Positions 1-8,448 of a stretch of DNA of 64,000 nucleotides are shown piece after piece; the stretch's first letter is position 1; each line of letters opens with the position of its first letter. The notes beneath the pieces are model-generated. The model saw nothing but the letters and a program-made list of their open reading frames with translations, searched no databases and had not been told where the DNA came from. Where the stretch lies: the NCBI GenBank assembly GCA_040387635.1, contig JAZKDJ010000001.1, forward strand, positions 179,851-243,850, written 5' to 3'. Source of the DNA: Patescibacteria group bacterium. GTDB taxonomy: Bacteria > Patescibacteriota > Minisyncoccia > Phycocordibacterales > PALSA-1337. Position numbers and translations under genes: made by a program.

Positions 1-1291
1 TAAAGTAATCGACACAGATCTCGTGCGAATCAAGAAGTCCATTACTTCTGGCGAGTATGACATCAATCCCGCCTTCCTGGAGCTTTTTGCACACATCAAA
101 AAACATGACTCAACTCTCCATGTCCAAGGACTCATTGGTACAGGAGGCGTTCACGCACACAGCGAGCATCTCTTCGCATTCCTTAAAGCAGCCAAAAAAG
201 CCGGCATAACAAAGATCGCTATCCACGCATTCACGGATGGAAGAGATACTCCACCTCAAAGTTCAGCGCAATTTCTACAGGAACTCGAAGCTGTACTTGA
301 ACAAGTTGGAATCGGCTTCATAGCGAGCGTCTCAGGAAGATTTTATGCAATGGACAGAGACAACAACTGGGATCGCCTCGCCAAAGCTGAAGAGGCTATG
401 TTTGAGTGCAAAGGAAACATCTGTACCTTGAAGCCTTCTGAATTCGTAGGTGCCCTTCACAAAGAAGGAAAGCTTGATGAACACCTTGAGCCCATTGTGT
501 GCGTTGATAGCCAAGGTAAAAATTATCCCATCAAGCCCAATGACGGAGTGTTTTTCTTCAATTTCCGTGCAGATCGCGCTCGCATGCTTTCCAAGAAAAT
601 GCTTGAGAAGCAGAGCAAGGAAAATATATGCTTCGTAACACTTACAGAATACGGAAATGACTTTAAGACCCTTACAGCCTTCCCTTCAATTAAAATTGAA
701 ACGACTCTTGCAAAAGAAGTTTCTGACGCCGACCTTACTCAGGCGCATATTGCTGAGACCGAAAAGTTTCCTCATGCAACTTACTTCCTAAATGGAGGAA
801 AAGAAACTCCTCACAAAGGAGAAGCTCACATCCTTCTAGATAGCCGAAAGGATGTTAAAACCCATGACTTGGCCCCTAAGATGAGAGCTGAAGCCATCGC
901 AGACAAAGCAATTGAAGAAATAAACAAAGGAACTAATTTTATTTTTATCAACTTCGCAAATCCTGATATGGTAGGACACACTGCCAATGCCCCTGCCATC
1001 ATCGAAGCCATCGAGGAAGTAGACTTACAGCTCGGAAGAGTTATTGAAGCGCTCACTGCAAAGCATGGTACAGCCTTCATCACTGCAGACCATGGAAATG
1101 CTGAAGTAAACATTGATCTTATTACTGGTGACAAACACACAGCCCACACAATTAATCCGGTCCCAGCCATTGTTACAAAGTACGAAATCCATCTCACTAC
1201 AGGAGGTCTTTCTGATATTGCTCCAACTATATTAAATCTTTTGGATATCAAAAAACCGGACTCAATGACCGGTTCAAGCCTCATATCATAA
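1..1291 (+). CDS. gpmI: 2,3-bisphosphoglycerate-independent phosphoglycerate mutase (5' end outside window)
   Basis: Translation carries iPGM hallmarks (GGVHAHSEHL, FTDGRDTPP, SGRFYAMDRDNNWDR, NPDMVGHT, ITADHGNAE). The frame stays open upstream of the GTG at 23 to the window edge, and 422 aa is shorter than the usual ~510 aa. Confidence 0.9.
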   Translation, partial: KVIDTDLVRIKKSITSGEYDINPAFLELFAHIKKHDSTLHVQGLIGTGGVHAHSEHLFAFLKAAKKAGITKIAIHAFTDGRDTPPQSSAQFLQELEAVLEQVGIGFIASVSGRFYAMDRDNNWDRLAKAEEAMFECKGNICTLKPSEFVGALHKEGKLDEHLEPIVCVDSQGKNYPIKPNDGVFFFNFRADRARMLSKKMLEKQSKENICFVTLTEYGNDFKTLTAFPSIKIETTLAKEVSDADLTQAHIAETEKFPHATYFLNGGKETPHKGEAHILLDSRKDVKTHDLAPKMRAEAIADKAIEEINKGTNFIFINFANPDMVGHTANAPAIIEAIEEVDLQLGRVIEALTAKHGTAFITADHGNAEVNIDLITGDKHTAHTINPVPAIVTKYEIHLTTGGLSDIAPTILNLLDIKKPDSMTGSSLIS

Positions 1292-1307
1292 GCAGCAGAT
1301 TCTAGTT

Positions 1308-2582
1308 CTAGTGTAGCTGCTTTGCTTTTCTTCCCCTTATCAAAGCTTCCACGTACCTGATCGTCAGGACTGAGAACGTGAACCAAAAGATACCGAGAGC
1401 ATATCCTGCAACAACATCGCTGAACCAATGAACGCCGATATAGAGCCGGCTGAATCCGATGAGTGCTGCTGCAATCACAGCAAGCACAATCTGCACTTCT
1501 CTCCTTATGCGATGACGTGAATGTTGGATAGCTAGATATACAATAATTGAGAAAAAGAGTGCCGAAGCAGTTGCATGGCCACTTGGGAAACTAAAACCAG
1601 TTTCTGGCACAAGCATTGTAAGTGGTCGCACTCTTCCGACGACTGCTTTCAAGGTATAGGCCCACGCCAATCCCACTGGATATGAAGCGAGAATTATCCA
1701 TACGTTATGCCAATGTCTTTTGTATGCATACCAAATCGCCATGGCAAAGGCGGCGAATGTTAACGTCTCTGGACTGATAATATGACTGATTGCTCCCATG
1801 GTCGTAATTGCCCACCCTGTATGGAAGAATGTAATCATCTCAGCCACCCAAACATCCAAGTTCGCCATGTATGACGGAATTGAAATCGTATCCTGCAACG
1901 TCTTGAAGAAAATATAAAGAGAAAATACTGAAATGATGAGCGTATAGAGCTGGTACTTCGCAAAGATATGGCGTCTCTTGTTTATAAATCGATACGCAAT
2001 AACAAGCAGGAGTGACAAACCTAGTCCAATCAGTGTAAATCTTCCTATGTAATGCGCCACGATGGTATAGCTCGCTCCAAATACATATCCGATAAGGACA
2101 GAGCTCACCGCCCAGATAATTCCACCTACAATGTTGTAGACCCAAAACCGCACAGGATCTACCCTACTCGTACCTGCAAAGAACGGCATGAAGGCCCGAG
2201 AGATAGGATTAAACCTTCCGAATACCAAAGACTTTCCAGTGTGCTTAGCAAGAAGAGCTTTTGCCTTGTCGATCTGTTCCTGGTTAACAAGAAAATATTT
2301 TCCATACCTTGTTACAAGCGAGTAGCCATAACGTTTACCGAGATAGTAACCAATTCCATCTCCCACGATGGCACCTAGTGTTGCTAGACCGATAACATAA
2401 TACAAATTAAGTACTCCGAGCTTAGCGAAGAATCCGCCAGCTACAACGACTGTATGTCCTGGAACAATAGATCCAATGAGAGGCAACGCTTCTAGACATG
2501 ATATCAACGTAATAATCCAGTATCCCCCGTGTTCAAGGACTTGCTGTAGTAATGAAACCACTGTTGTTACTGCGTCACTCAT
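1308..2582 (-). CDS. Fusion membrane protein: N-terminal DedA/VTT domain plus C-terminal PAP2 (type 2 phosphatidic acid / undecaprenyl-diphosphate phosphatase) domain
   Basis: The N-terminal half has DedA signatures (GAIVGDGIGYYLGKRYG; FGRFNPISRAFMPFFAG). The C-terminal half has all three PAP2 motifs (KAVVGRVRP = KX6RP; SFPSGH = PSGH; SRLYIGVHWFSD = SRX5HX3D). It is one uninterrupted 424-aa ORF. Confidence 0.85.
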   Translation of the reverse strand: MSDAVTTVVSLLQQVLEHGGYWIITLISCLEALPLIGSIVPGHTVVVAGGFFAKLGVLNLYYVIGLATLGAIVGDGIGYYLGKRYGYSLVTRYGKYFLVNQEQIDKAKALLAKHTGKSLVFGRFNPISRAFMPFFAGTSRVDPVRFWVYNIVGGIIWAVSSVLIGYVFGASYTIVAHYIGRFTLIGLGLSLLLVIAYRFINKRRHIFAKYQLYTLIISVFSLYIFFKTLQDTISIPSYMANLDVWVAEMITFFHTGWAITTMGAISHIISPETLTFAAFAMAIWYAYKRHWHNVWIILASYPVGLAWAYTLKAVVGRVRPLTMLVPETGFSFPSGHATASALFFSIIVYLAIQHSRHRIRREVQIVLAVIAAALIGFSRLYIGVHWFSDVVAGYALGIFWFTFSVLTIRYVEALIRGRKAKQLH

Positions 2583-2597
2583 GTGTCGATTATAGCC

Positions 2598-2630
2598 TTA
2601 TACCACGGCTTATTTGATGGATTATACCAC
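2598..2630. promoter_or_regulatory. Direct repeat TTATACCAC (2598-2606 and 2622-2630) in the divergent DedA-PAP2 / response-regulator intergenic region; candidate regulator binding site
   Basis: An exact 9-mer occurs twice, 24 nt apart, in a 188-nt AT-rich intergenic region next to an OmpR-family regulator gene. No functional evidence. Confidence 0.25.
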
Positions 2631-2770
2631 ATTCCTACACAATCGAGATAAAATAAAAATAAAGAAATAATAAAATTCTGATGAAAAGAATCTCAGGAAT
2701 TCCATCGTTTTATTTTACAAACATCATATAATGACGAAGACAATAATTAAACGCAGTAACCATATTACCC

Positions 2771-3445
2771 ATGAGAATACTTGTAGTAGATGATGATCCT
2801 GATATGATCGACTTTCTAAGATTGAGTCTGGAGGCCGAGGGTTACGCGGTAGACTGCGAATCAGACGGACTCAAGGGATCTTACACCGCTCGCACCAATG
2901 ACTACGACCTCGCAATTCTCGACTACAATCTTCCAGGGCGAAATGGTCTGGACATATGCAGGGATATTCGAGCAGCCAAGAGAACCTTCCCTATTCTCAT
3001 TCTTTCAGTAGTTGGAGCTATAGATATCAAGGTCAATATTCTTACAGCAGGCGCGGACGATTACCTCACCAAACCATTCTCTTTCGAAGAGTTACTCGCA
3101 CGAATGAGAGCTTTGCTTCGCAGGCCAACAACTATGGAGGAAAGCGAACTTACAATAGGAGACATGACTATAGATGTCCGCAGCCAGAAAGTCTCTCGCG
3201 GCAAGAAAAAGATATACCTTACGAAAAAGGAATTTTCCCTTCTCGAATATCTCATTAGGAACAGAGGAGGTGTTGTCTCTCGAGGAATGATTATGGAGCA
3301 TGTTTGGAGTATCGACAGCGACCCTTTCTCAAACACCATCGAAGCCCACATACTCAATCTCAGGAAGAAGCTCAACAAAGGAGGAAGAAAGAACTACATC
3401 CACAATGTTCCCGGCAGAGGATACAAAATAGACGAGATCAAATAG
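2771..3445 (+). CDS. OmpR/PhoB-family response regulator (receiver plus winged-helix DNA-binding domain)
   Basis: Receiver motifs are present (MRILVVDDD, DLAILDYNLPG, YLTKPF). The C-terminal wHTH is present (LTKKEFSLLEYL..., VPGRGYKI). Confidence 0.9.
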   Translation: MRILVVDDDPDMIDFLRLSLEAEGYAVDCESDGLKGSYTARTNDYDLAILDYNLPGRNGLDICRDIRAAKRTFPILILSVVGAIDIKVNILTAGADDYLTKPFSFEELLARMRALLRRPTTMEESELTIGDMTIDVRSQKVSRGKKKIYLTKKEFSLLEYLIRNRGGVVSRGMIMEHVWSIDSDPFSNTIEAHILNLRKKLNKGGRKNYIHNVPGRGYKIDEIK

Positions 3446-3466
3446 TCCCAAACAAACTAAAGTGCC

Positions 3467-4303
3467 TTAAGCCAAATACATATCACGGTTGTATCCCCCA
3501 ATACCTACATACTTAGCTTCGCCCTTAATGATTTTCTCAAATGGCTGACAACAGAAACATCCTCGCTCTCCCCGAGGACATACGAACGAAACATCCTCGC
3601 GTGCTTTCTTTACCTTGAGCGCCACTTCCATAACTCTTGCGAGCGACTCTTCTTTTGTTGGAAGCTCTTTTACAATAGGCTCATCATCACGATCAAGATA
3701 CCAATAGCTCGCGCCTGTAACCTTACGCTTTTGTAGGGTCGTAAGAAGAAGTAAATATATAGGAAGCTGCAGCGAATCATCACTCTCTTCGTTTTTTCCT
3801 GTCTTAAAATCTAAGATATGGATACTGTCATCCTTTGGCTCATACATGATCCAGTCCACCTTGCCGCACAGTATTATGTTTTCTTCTTCTGATAGAAAAT
3901 ACGAAGGCAGCTCATCCTTGAGTCGTATTGCCTTTTGTTCCAGAGGCTTGGGGTTTGCGATAATTCTTTCAATCATTGCCCTACCTCGTGCCTTAGCATC
4001 AGCTTCTTCTTCTGGAGATTCGAAACCACCCTGGAGACCTGAGACCTGCTTCCACTCTTTCTCGAAGATATCGAGGAGCGGCTGCTTCATTCTGCTTTCG
4101 GCTGGGAATTTTACCAAAGGCTCAACAGTATTATGAACGGCCTGACCCAACGCCAAAGCCGGACTGACGGTACATATTTTCCTACCTGTCTTTGGGTCCT
4201 TGTACATATTCTTCAAATAGTACCCTCGCGGACACTTCAAAAAATCTCCCATTGAAGAATGAGACACCCAGACCGCGCTGAATTTGTCTTTTTTTGGAGC
4301 CAT
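3467..4303 (-). CDS. PD-(D/E)XK nuclease family protein with Cas4/AddB-like Cys cluster
   Basis: It has an N-terminal Cys (KCPRGYY), a D...DFKTGK (D/ExK) core, a QLPIYLLL (QxxxY) motif and a C-terminal CPRGERGCFCC cluster typical of Fe-S RecB/Cas4-like nucleases. No CRISPR or cas context. Confidence 0.7.
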   Translation of the reverse strand: MAPKKDKFSAVWVSHSSMGDFLKCPRGYYLKNMYKDPKTGRKICTVSPALALGQAVHNTVEPLVKFPAESRMKQPLLDIFEKEWKQVSGLQGGFESPEEEADAKARGRAMIERIIANPKPLEQKAIRLKDELPSYFLSEEENIILCGKVDWIMYEPKDDSIHILDFKTGKNEESDDSLQLPIYLLLLTTLQKRKVTGASYWYLDRDDEPIVKELPTKEESLARVMEVALKVKKAREDVSFVCPRGERGCFCCQPFEKIIKGEAKYVGIGGYNRDMYLA

Positions 4304-4308
4304 AATGT

Positions 4309-5310
4309 TTAGAGTGCTTTTATATACTCATCCACCACCTTCACGACCGCATTCCGAGCTTCCTCCAGGCTTGCTTTCATATGCACGCCAGCTGCTGCCT
4401 TATGTCCTCCACCTCCCAATGCCGCACTTATCTTAGACAAATCGTATACATCTGGATTTCGTGTTCTGAAGCTCATCTTCACCAATCCTGGAATTTGCTC
4501 AATCATCGCCACGCCGATGTTCCATCCTTCTACTGATTTGAGCGTATTGGCAATGAAATGACTGCTCATATCTTCAGTTGTAATATTGTTGGCTGAAATA
4601 TCCTTATGAGAAACTTTAGATATCGCCAAATTCCCGCCGCATGCCACCTCAATGTTCGAGAGAGCTAGACCATCAAAGAGAAGCTTCTCTCTGGTTGTGC
4701 TGTTCTCCATTGTAAAAAGTGCCTTGGCATAATCCGGAGCGATCTTTGCAAGCTTGGCACCAACTTCCAATAGTTCATATGTCGCACCTCTATATTTGAA
4801 TCCTCCACTATCTGTATAGACTCCTGTGAAGAGCGACTTGGCCATATCCGGTGTAACTGGTATCTCCCATATCATGAACAAGTCATACAATATCTGGCAC
4901 GTAGCCACATACGCAGCATCAATAAGATTTATATTCGCAAAGCCAGGATTGCTTACATGATGATCAATTACTATAGTTTTCAGATGCTCAGGGAAAACCA
5001 CAGGCTTGATTATAGAAATCCTGTCTATAGAAGCAGAATCAAGAATGATGAATAGATCGAAATCATTGAGGTCTACCTCGAAATAGTTCTTCTTCTCAAT
5101 TACTTCAACAAAAGGAATATCCCTAAAAGCCTTTGGTATCTGAGAATCTCCTTGAATAGCGGTCACCTTTTTACCCATACCCTTGAGGGCCTGGTACATA
5201 GCCGTAACGCTACCCACACTATCCGGATCGGGACTGACGTGACACTGAAGCAAAATATGCTGCGCTTTCTCGATTTCTGCCTTAATTTCCTGTGCTAGTT
5301 GCTTGTTCAT
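4309..5310 (-). CDS. DHH/DHHA1 phosphoesterase (NrnA-like oligoribonuclease / pAp phosphatase)
   Basis: Motifs DPDSVGS, IDHH and GGGGHKAAAG are present. I chose the start at MNKQLAQEI (5310) rather than the upstream ORF-track start at 5346. Confidence 0.85.
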   Translation of the reverse strand: MNKQLAQEIKAEIEKAQHILLQCHVSPDPDSVGSVTAMYQALKGMGKKVTAIQGDSQIPKAFRDIPFVEVIEKKNYFEVDLNDFDLFIILDSASIDRISIIKPVVFPEHLKTIVIDHHVSNPGFANINLIDAAYVATCQILYDLFMIWEIPVTPDMAKSLFTGVYTDSGGFKYRGATYELLEVGAKLAKIAPDYAKALFTMENSTTREKLLFDGLALSNIEVACGGNLAISKVSHKDISANNITTEDMSSHFIANTLKSVEGWNIGVAMIEQIPGLVKMSFRTRNPDVYDLSKISAALGGGGHKAAAGVHMKASLEEARNAVVKVVDEYIKAL

Positions 5311-6331
5311 CGCTACATGATACACCACAGGGCCTATGATTAACAATTCTAAATGGAACCATCTCGGCTTGTTTTATAGTGAGGTTTTTTGTTGTCGAAG
5401 ATATCTCGAATTTTATTGCTGCCAAGCCTCCTCTATTTTCCTCGATTCCTATTTGATCAAATATGAAATTCCCAAGTGAATAGAATATAACGCCGTCCTT
5501 ATACAATTCCATAGGCTCAGTAACATGCGGATGATGACCGATCACGGCCAGAGCACCGCTATCAACGAGCTTGCGACCAATCTCCCTCTGGCGCGCTGTT
5601 TCTGTTTTCTCGTACTCCTTACCCCAATGAATGTTAACAATCACACCATCATAGAGTGGCTTCAATTGCGCTATATATGTATAAAAAGTTTCAAGCGGAA
5701 TAGGCAGAATGGTTTCATCAATACCAACCATCAGTATCTCCGAACCTTTGACAGTCATCACATCGAAAGCATTATCAATAATACTTCCCCCACCGGCATA
5801 AACGATACCTGCCTGCTTGAGATTTTCTCTAGTATCTAACAAACCTTTGGCATAGCAGTCATTAGAATGGTTGTTCGCCAAACTCAAAAAATGGAAACCC
5901 TGGTCCCTGAGCATCCGTCCTGTAGTAGACGCAAATTTGAAGCTGTAAGCCTTCTTCTGACAAACAGGATTATCAGTAATTGGACCTTCTAGATTACCTG
6001 CGAGCAAATCTATGTTTGCTCCATACCTCACTTCAACCTCTTCTTTCAGATCACTCCAAAATTCAAAAGGATCAAGACCTCCTGCCATTGCCTTACGTAC
6101 ACCTCGATCAAACATCATGTCGCCCGTATTTACGAACAAAATAGTTGCAGGTTTCGAAGAGTCAATCTCCTCCTCAGATTCAAGCTCACCCTGAGCTACT
6201 TCAGCACTAGAGATTGAACCCACTAGCAAAGCGAGTTTTTGTGGATGTGCATTAAAATATATGTACGCTACCCCAAGCACAATGAGGATAGCTAAGACTA
6301 CTCCTAATATCCAATCAAAGGCTTTGTTCAT
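5282..6331 (-). CDS. CapA/PgsA-family metallophosphoesterase-like protein (poly-gamma-glutamate capsule synthesis family), N-terminal TM anchor
   Basis: Motifs GDMMFDRGV, LANNHSNDC and GHHPHV are present, with an N-terminal hydrophobic helix. Confidence 0.75.
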   Translation of the reverse strand: MNKAFDWILGVVLAILIVLGVAYIYFNAHPQKLALLVGSISSAEVAQGELESEEEIDSSKPATILFVNTGDMMFDRGVRKAMAGGLDPFEFWSDLKEEVEVRYGANIDLLAGNLEGPITDNPVCQKKAYSFKFASTTGRMLRDQGFHFLSLANNHSNDCYAKGLLDTRENLKQAGIVYAGGGSIIDNAFDVMTVKGSEILMVGIDETILPIPLETFYTYIAQLKPLYDGVIVNIHWGKEYEKTETARQREIGRKLVDSGALAVIGHHPHVTEPMELYKDGVIFYSLGNFIFDQIGIEENRGGLAAIKFEISSTTKNLTIKQAEMVPFRIVNHRPCGVSCSDEQATSTGN

Positions 6332-6878
6332 GGGTTATATTAAGCTTCTTCATGATGCCCTCTATTTTTCCATAGAGTTCCTCAAGAGTTCCATCATTAG
6401 ATATCGTATAGTCCGCAAGCGCCATTACCGCATATACATTCTGCTTACCGGCATCCTTACTATTCGCTTCCACTTCCTCATGTTCCTTGAACACTTCGAA
6501 AGTAATATTGTCCGTAGCGCGTGCCCTGCCTCGCGTCCAAGTGTATCGAAGCTCAAGCGGTGCGGTCACAGCGAGCAATACTCCGCCTGTTTTTTTGAAC
6601 GCAGCTGCTTCCTCCACAGCCCGCATACCACTGATGATGGCCTTATCATTTACCTTTTCCAAACCTAGCTCAACGAGATATCCTCCACCATGCTTTGCCC
6701 TGAGATTGTTAGCAACCTCTCTCATATGTTCCCGAGTAGCAATTCCAAGATTGTGCTCTGTAATATATTCCCGAATCAAATCACTTGTAGATACATGAGA
6801 GTATCCATAATTTTTGACGATAAAATTGGCGACGATATCCTTACCTACTGCTGGATGACCTACAAGTCCTATGTTCAT
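6315..6878 (-). CDS. P-loop nucleoside/deoxynucleoside monophosphate kinase-like protein
   Basis: The Walker-A-like GHPAVGKD resembles dNMP-kinase GKD(T) loops, and the size and fold pattern fit a small NMP kinase. Substrate is unknown. Confidence 0.5.
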   Translation of the reverse strand: MNIGLVGHPAVGKDIVANFIVKNYGYSHVSTSDLIREYITEHNLGIATREHMREVANNLRAKHGGGYLVELGLEKVNDKAIISGMRAVEEAAAFKKTGGVLLAVTAPLELRYTWTRGRARATDNITFEVFKEHEEVEANSKDAGKQNVYAVMALADYTISNDGTLEELYGKIEGIMKKLNITHEQSL

Positions 6879-6890
6879 CGAATATTATGG

Positions 6891-7931
6891 TTATCTTTTA
6901 AGGCAAGAATTAAGTTCCGCGGTGGGCGTCCATCCACATGAGCCGCTGGACTGTCGTTCACATTTGGCTGTCCTGTAGCATGCGTATTCTTCACGAAATT
7001 CGCATGTAGATGCAATGTCTGGATTATCACTACAAATCTGAGATGAACATCCTCCAACATAACAAGCAGCTGCGATAGGTGCTGGTGCAGCAGGCGCTGG
7101 TTTTGCAGCTGCTCCTGAAGTCTTAGTTACATTAAATACAAAACGATATGATCCAGGTGAGATAGTCGTCTCCTTCACAGGATAAGGCTCCACAGCAGTG
7201 AGTGCAATAGTTTCAGATTCAGTTGTTATAGCTCCTCCGAGGCTAACAATTTCATTACTCGTTCCCATTCCGGAAGCGACTCTAATGTTAAGGCGAACGG
7301 TACCAGCCCAAATACACTGAAGACCCTGAGCACATCGGCTGTCTTCCGCGATTGAGACAGGTGTCAGTGCAAGACCTTGGAATTGTGCTGTTTCTCCAAG
7401 CGAGAGAGTTACCTTACCAAATGGAACCGCTCGAGTACTGGTCGCTGTAGTCGTTGCGATATCATCTTCTGTTGGAAGATTTGGGACTGGAGTGACGTTA
7501 GATGTAGAATCGTAATCTTCTGTTTTCTTAAAATTCAAACCGTCTGTGCCATATATTGTCTGATCATATTCGAGAGCTATGAGATTCCCACCCTTTTTTT
7601 CAAAAAGAATATTCCGATCAACTGGATATAGTTCTGCCATATTACCCTTCAGAGTAACAGCAATTCGTCCTTCGCTATCAACGGTCCATGTTCCAATCTC
7701 TACAGTCGGTTCTTGTCCGTTAGTTCCTGCAGTTTCGAGTGACATTGTTCCAGCAGTCAAAAGACGCATTGTTCGTGCATCCTGAGATTTTGTTGCAACA
7801 TATGTGCCCGCGTATTCAGTCATGCACTGCTCTGCAACACATGACGACTCGTTATATCTTGAATATACAAAACCGGCGATCGCCAATACCACCAACACTA
7901 CGATTATTACTATAAATGGGGATCTCTTCAT
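6891..7931 (-). CDS. Membrane-anchored secreted protein; central DSRC-motif domain and C-terminal eight-cysteine cluster domain
   Basis: It has an N-terminal TM (FIVIIVVLVVLAIAGFVY). The central segment is paralogous to 28107..28577 and 55765..56307 (…AEDSRCAQGLQCIWAG…). The C-terminus has 8 Cys (CYVGGCSSQICS…CEF…CY…CE…CGW…C). Confidence 0.6.
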   Translation of the reverse strand: MKRSPFIVIIVVLVVLAIAGFVYSRYNESSCVAEQCMTEYAGTYVATKSQDARTMRLLTAGTMSLETAGTNGQEPTVEIGTWTVDSEGRIAVTLKGNMAELYPVDRNILFEKKGGNLIALEYDQTIYGTDGLNFKKTEDYDSTSNVTPVPNLPTEDDIATTTATSTRAVPFGKVTLSLGETAQFQGLALTPVSIAEDSRCAQGLQCIWAGTVRLNIRVASGMGTSNEIVSLGGAITTESETIALTAVEPYPVKETTISPGSYRFVFNVTKTSGAAAKPAPAAPAPIAAACYVGGCSSQICSDNPDIASTCEFREEYACYRTAKCERQSSGSCGWTPTAELNSCLKR

Positions 7932-7999
7932 TTTTATAATTATGTTTTAGTTCCATTATTATACCTCTGATTTTTTGAAAAGAAGATGAAGCCAAGTCA

Positions 8000-8028
8000 T
8001 TGACATATATGGTATTATGATATATAAT
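8000..8028 (+). promoter_or_regulatory. Consensus sigma70-type promoter (TTGACA-N17-TATAAT)
   Basis: TTGACA lies at 8000-8005 and TATAAT at 8023-8028, with an exact 17-nt spacer. It sits 60 nt upstream of the small ORF at 8089. Confidence 0.6.
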
Positions 8029-8088
8029 ATTAACAGCTAAACGTGGCTGTCACGTTTTCTAGAGGAAACAAACGACATTGGAGGAACT

Positions 8089-8241
8089 ATGTTTATCGGA
8101 CAAGAAATACCATTGGTCATTGGAGCTGTGCTGGCATTCGTGATTTGGGACCGCTTCCTGCACTATCGCACGCGCTATATGCCGCTGTGCAGGCAGAAAG
8201 TCCAACGAAGACTCACAACAACCAACGAATTTCGCAGGTAA
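8089..8241 (+). CDS. Small (50 aa) single-TM protein with basic C-terminus, not in the ORF track
   Basis: ATG at 8089 follows GGAGG (8080-8084). The translation is MFIGQEIPLVIGAVLAFVIWDRFLHYRTRYMPLCRQKVQRRLTTTNEFRR. A consensus promoter lies upstream and an intrinsic terminator downstream. Confidence 0.5.
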   Translation: MFIGQEIPLVIGAVLAFVIWDRFLHYRTRYMPLCRQKVQRRLTTTNEFRR

Positions 8242-8270
8242 CCCAGCGAAACAACGACGACCAATCAACA

Positions 8271-8306
8271 GACCCGGGCATGAAAATGCTCGGGTCTTTC
8301 AATTTT
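8271..8306 (+). terminator. Intrinsic terminator
   Basis: Stem GACCCG (8271-8276) pairs with CGGGTC (8291-8296) and is followed by TTTCAATTTT. Confidence 0.6.
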
Positions 8307-8448
8307 AATACTTTTTTATTTTTACTTTATCTTCCCTCCTTATACTTATTTGTATAGATAAGATCAGAATACATACCCCATTCAAACTAAATAATTTGAT
8401 AATATATAAAAGTATTATTATAGCTAAGCATTTAATGAATACCTTCTA

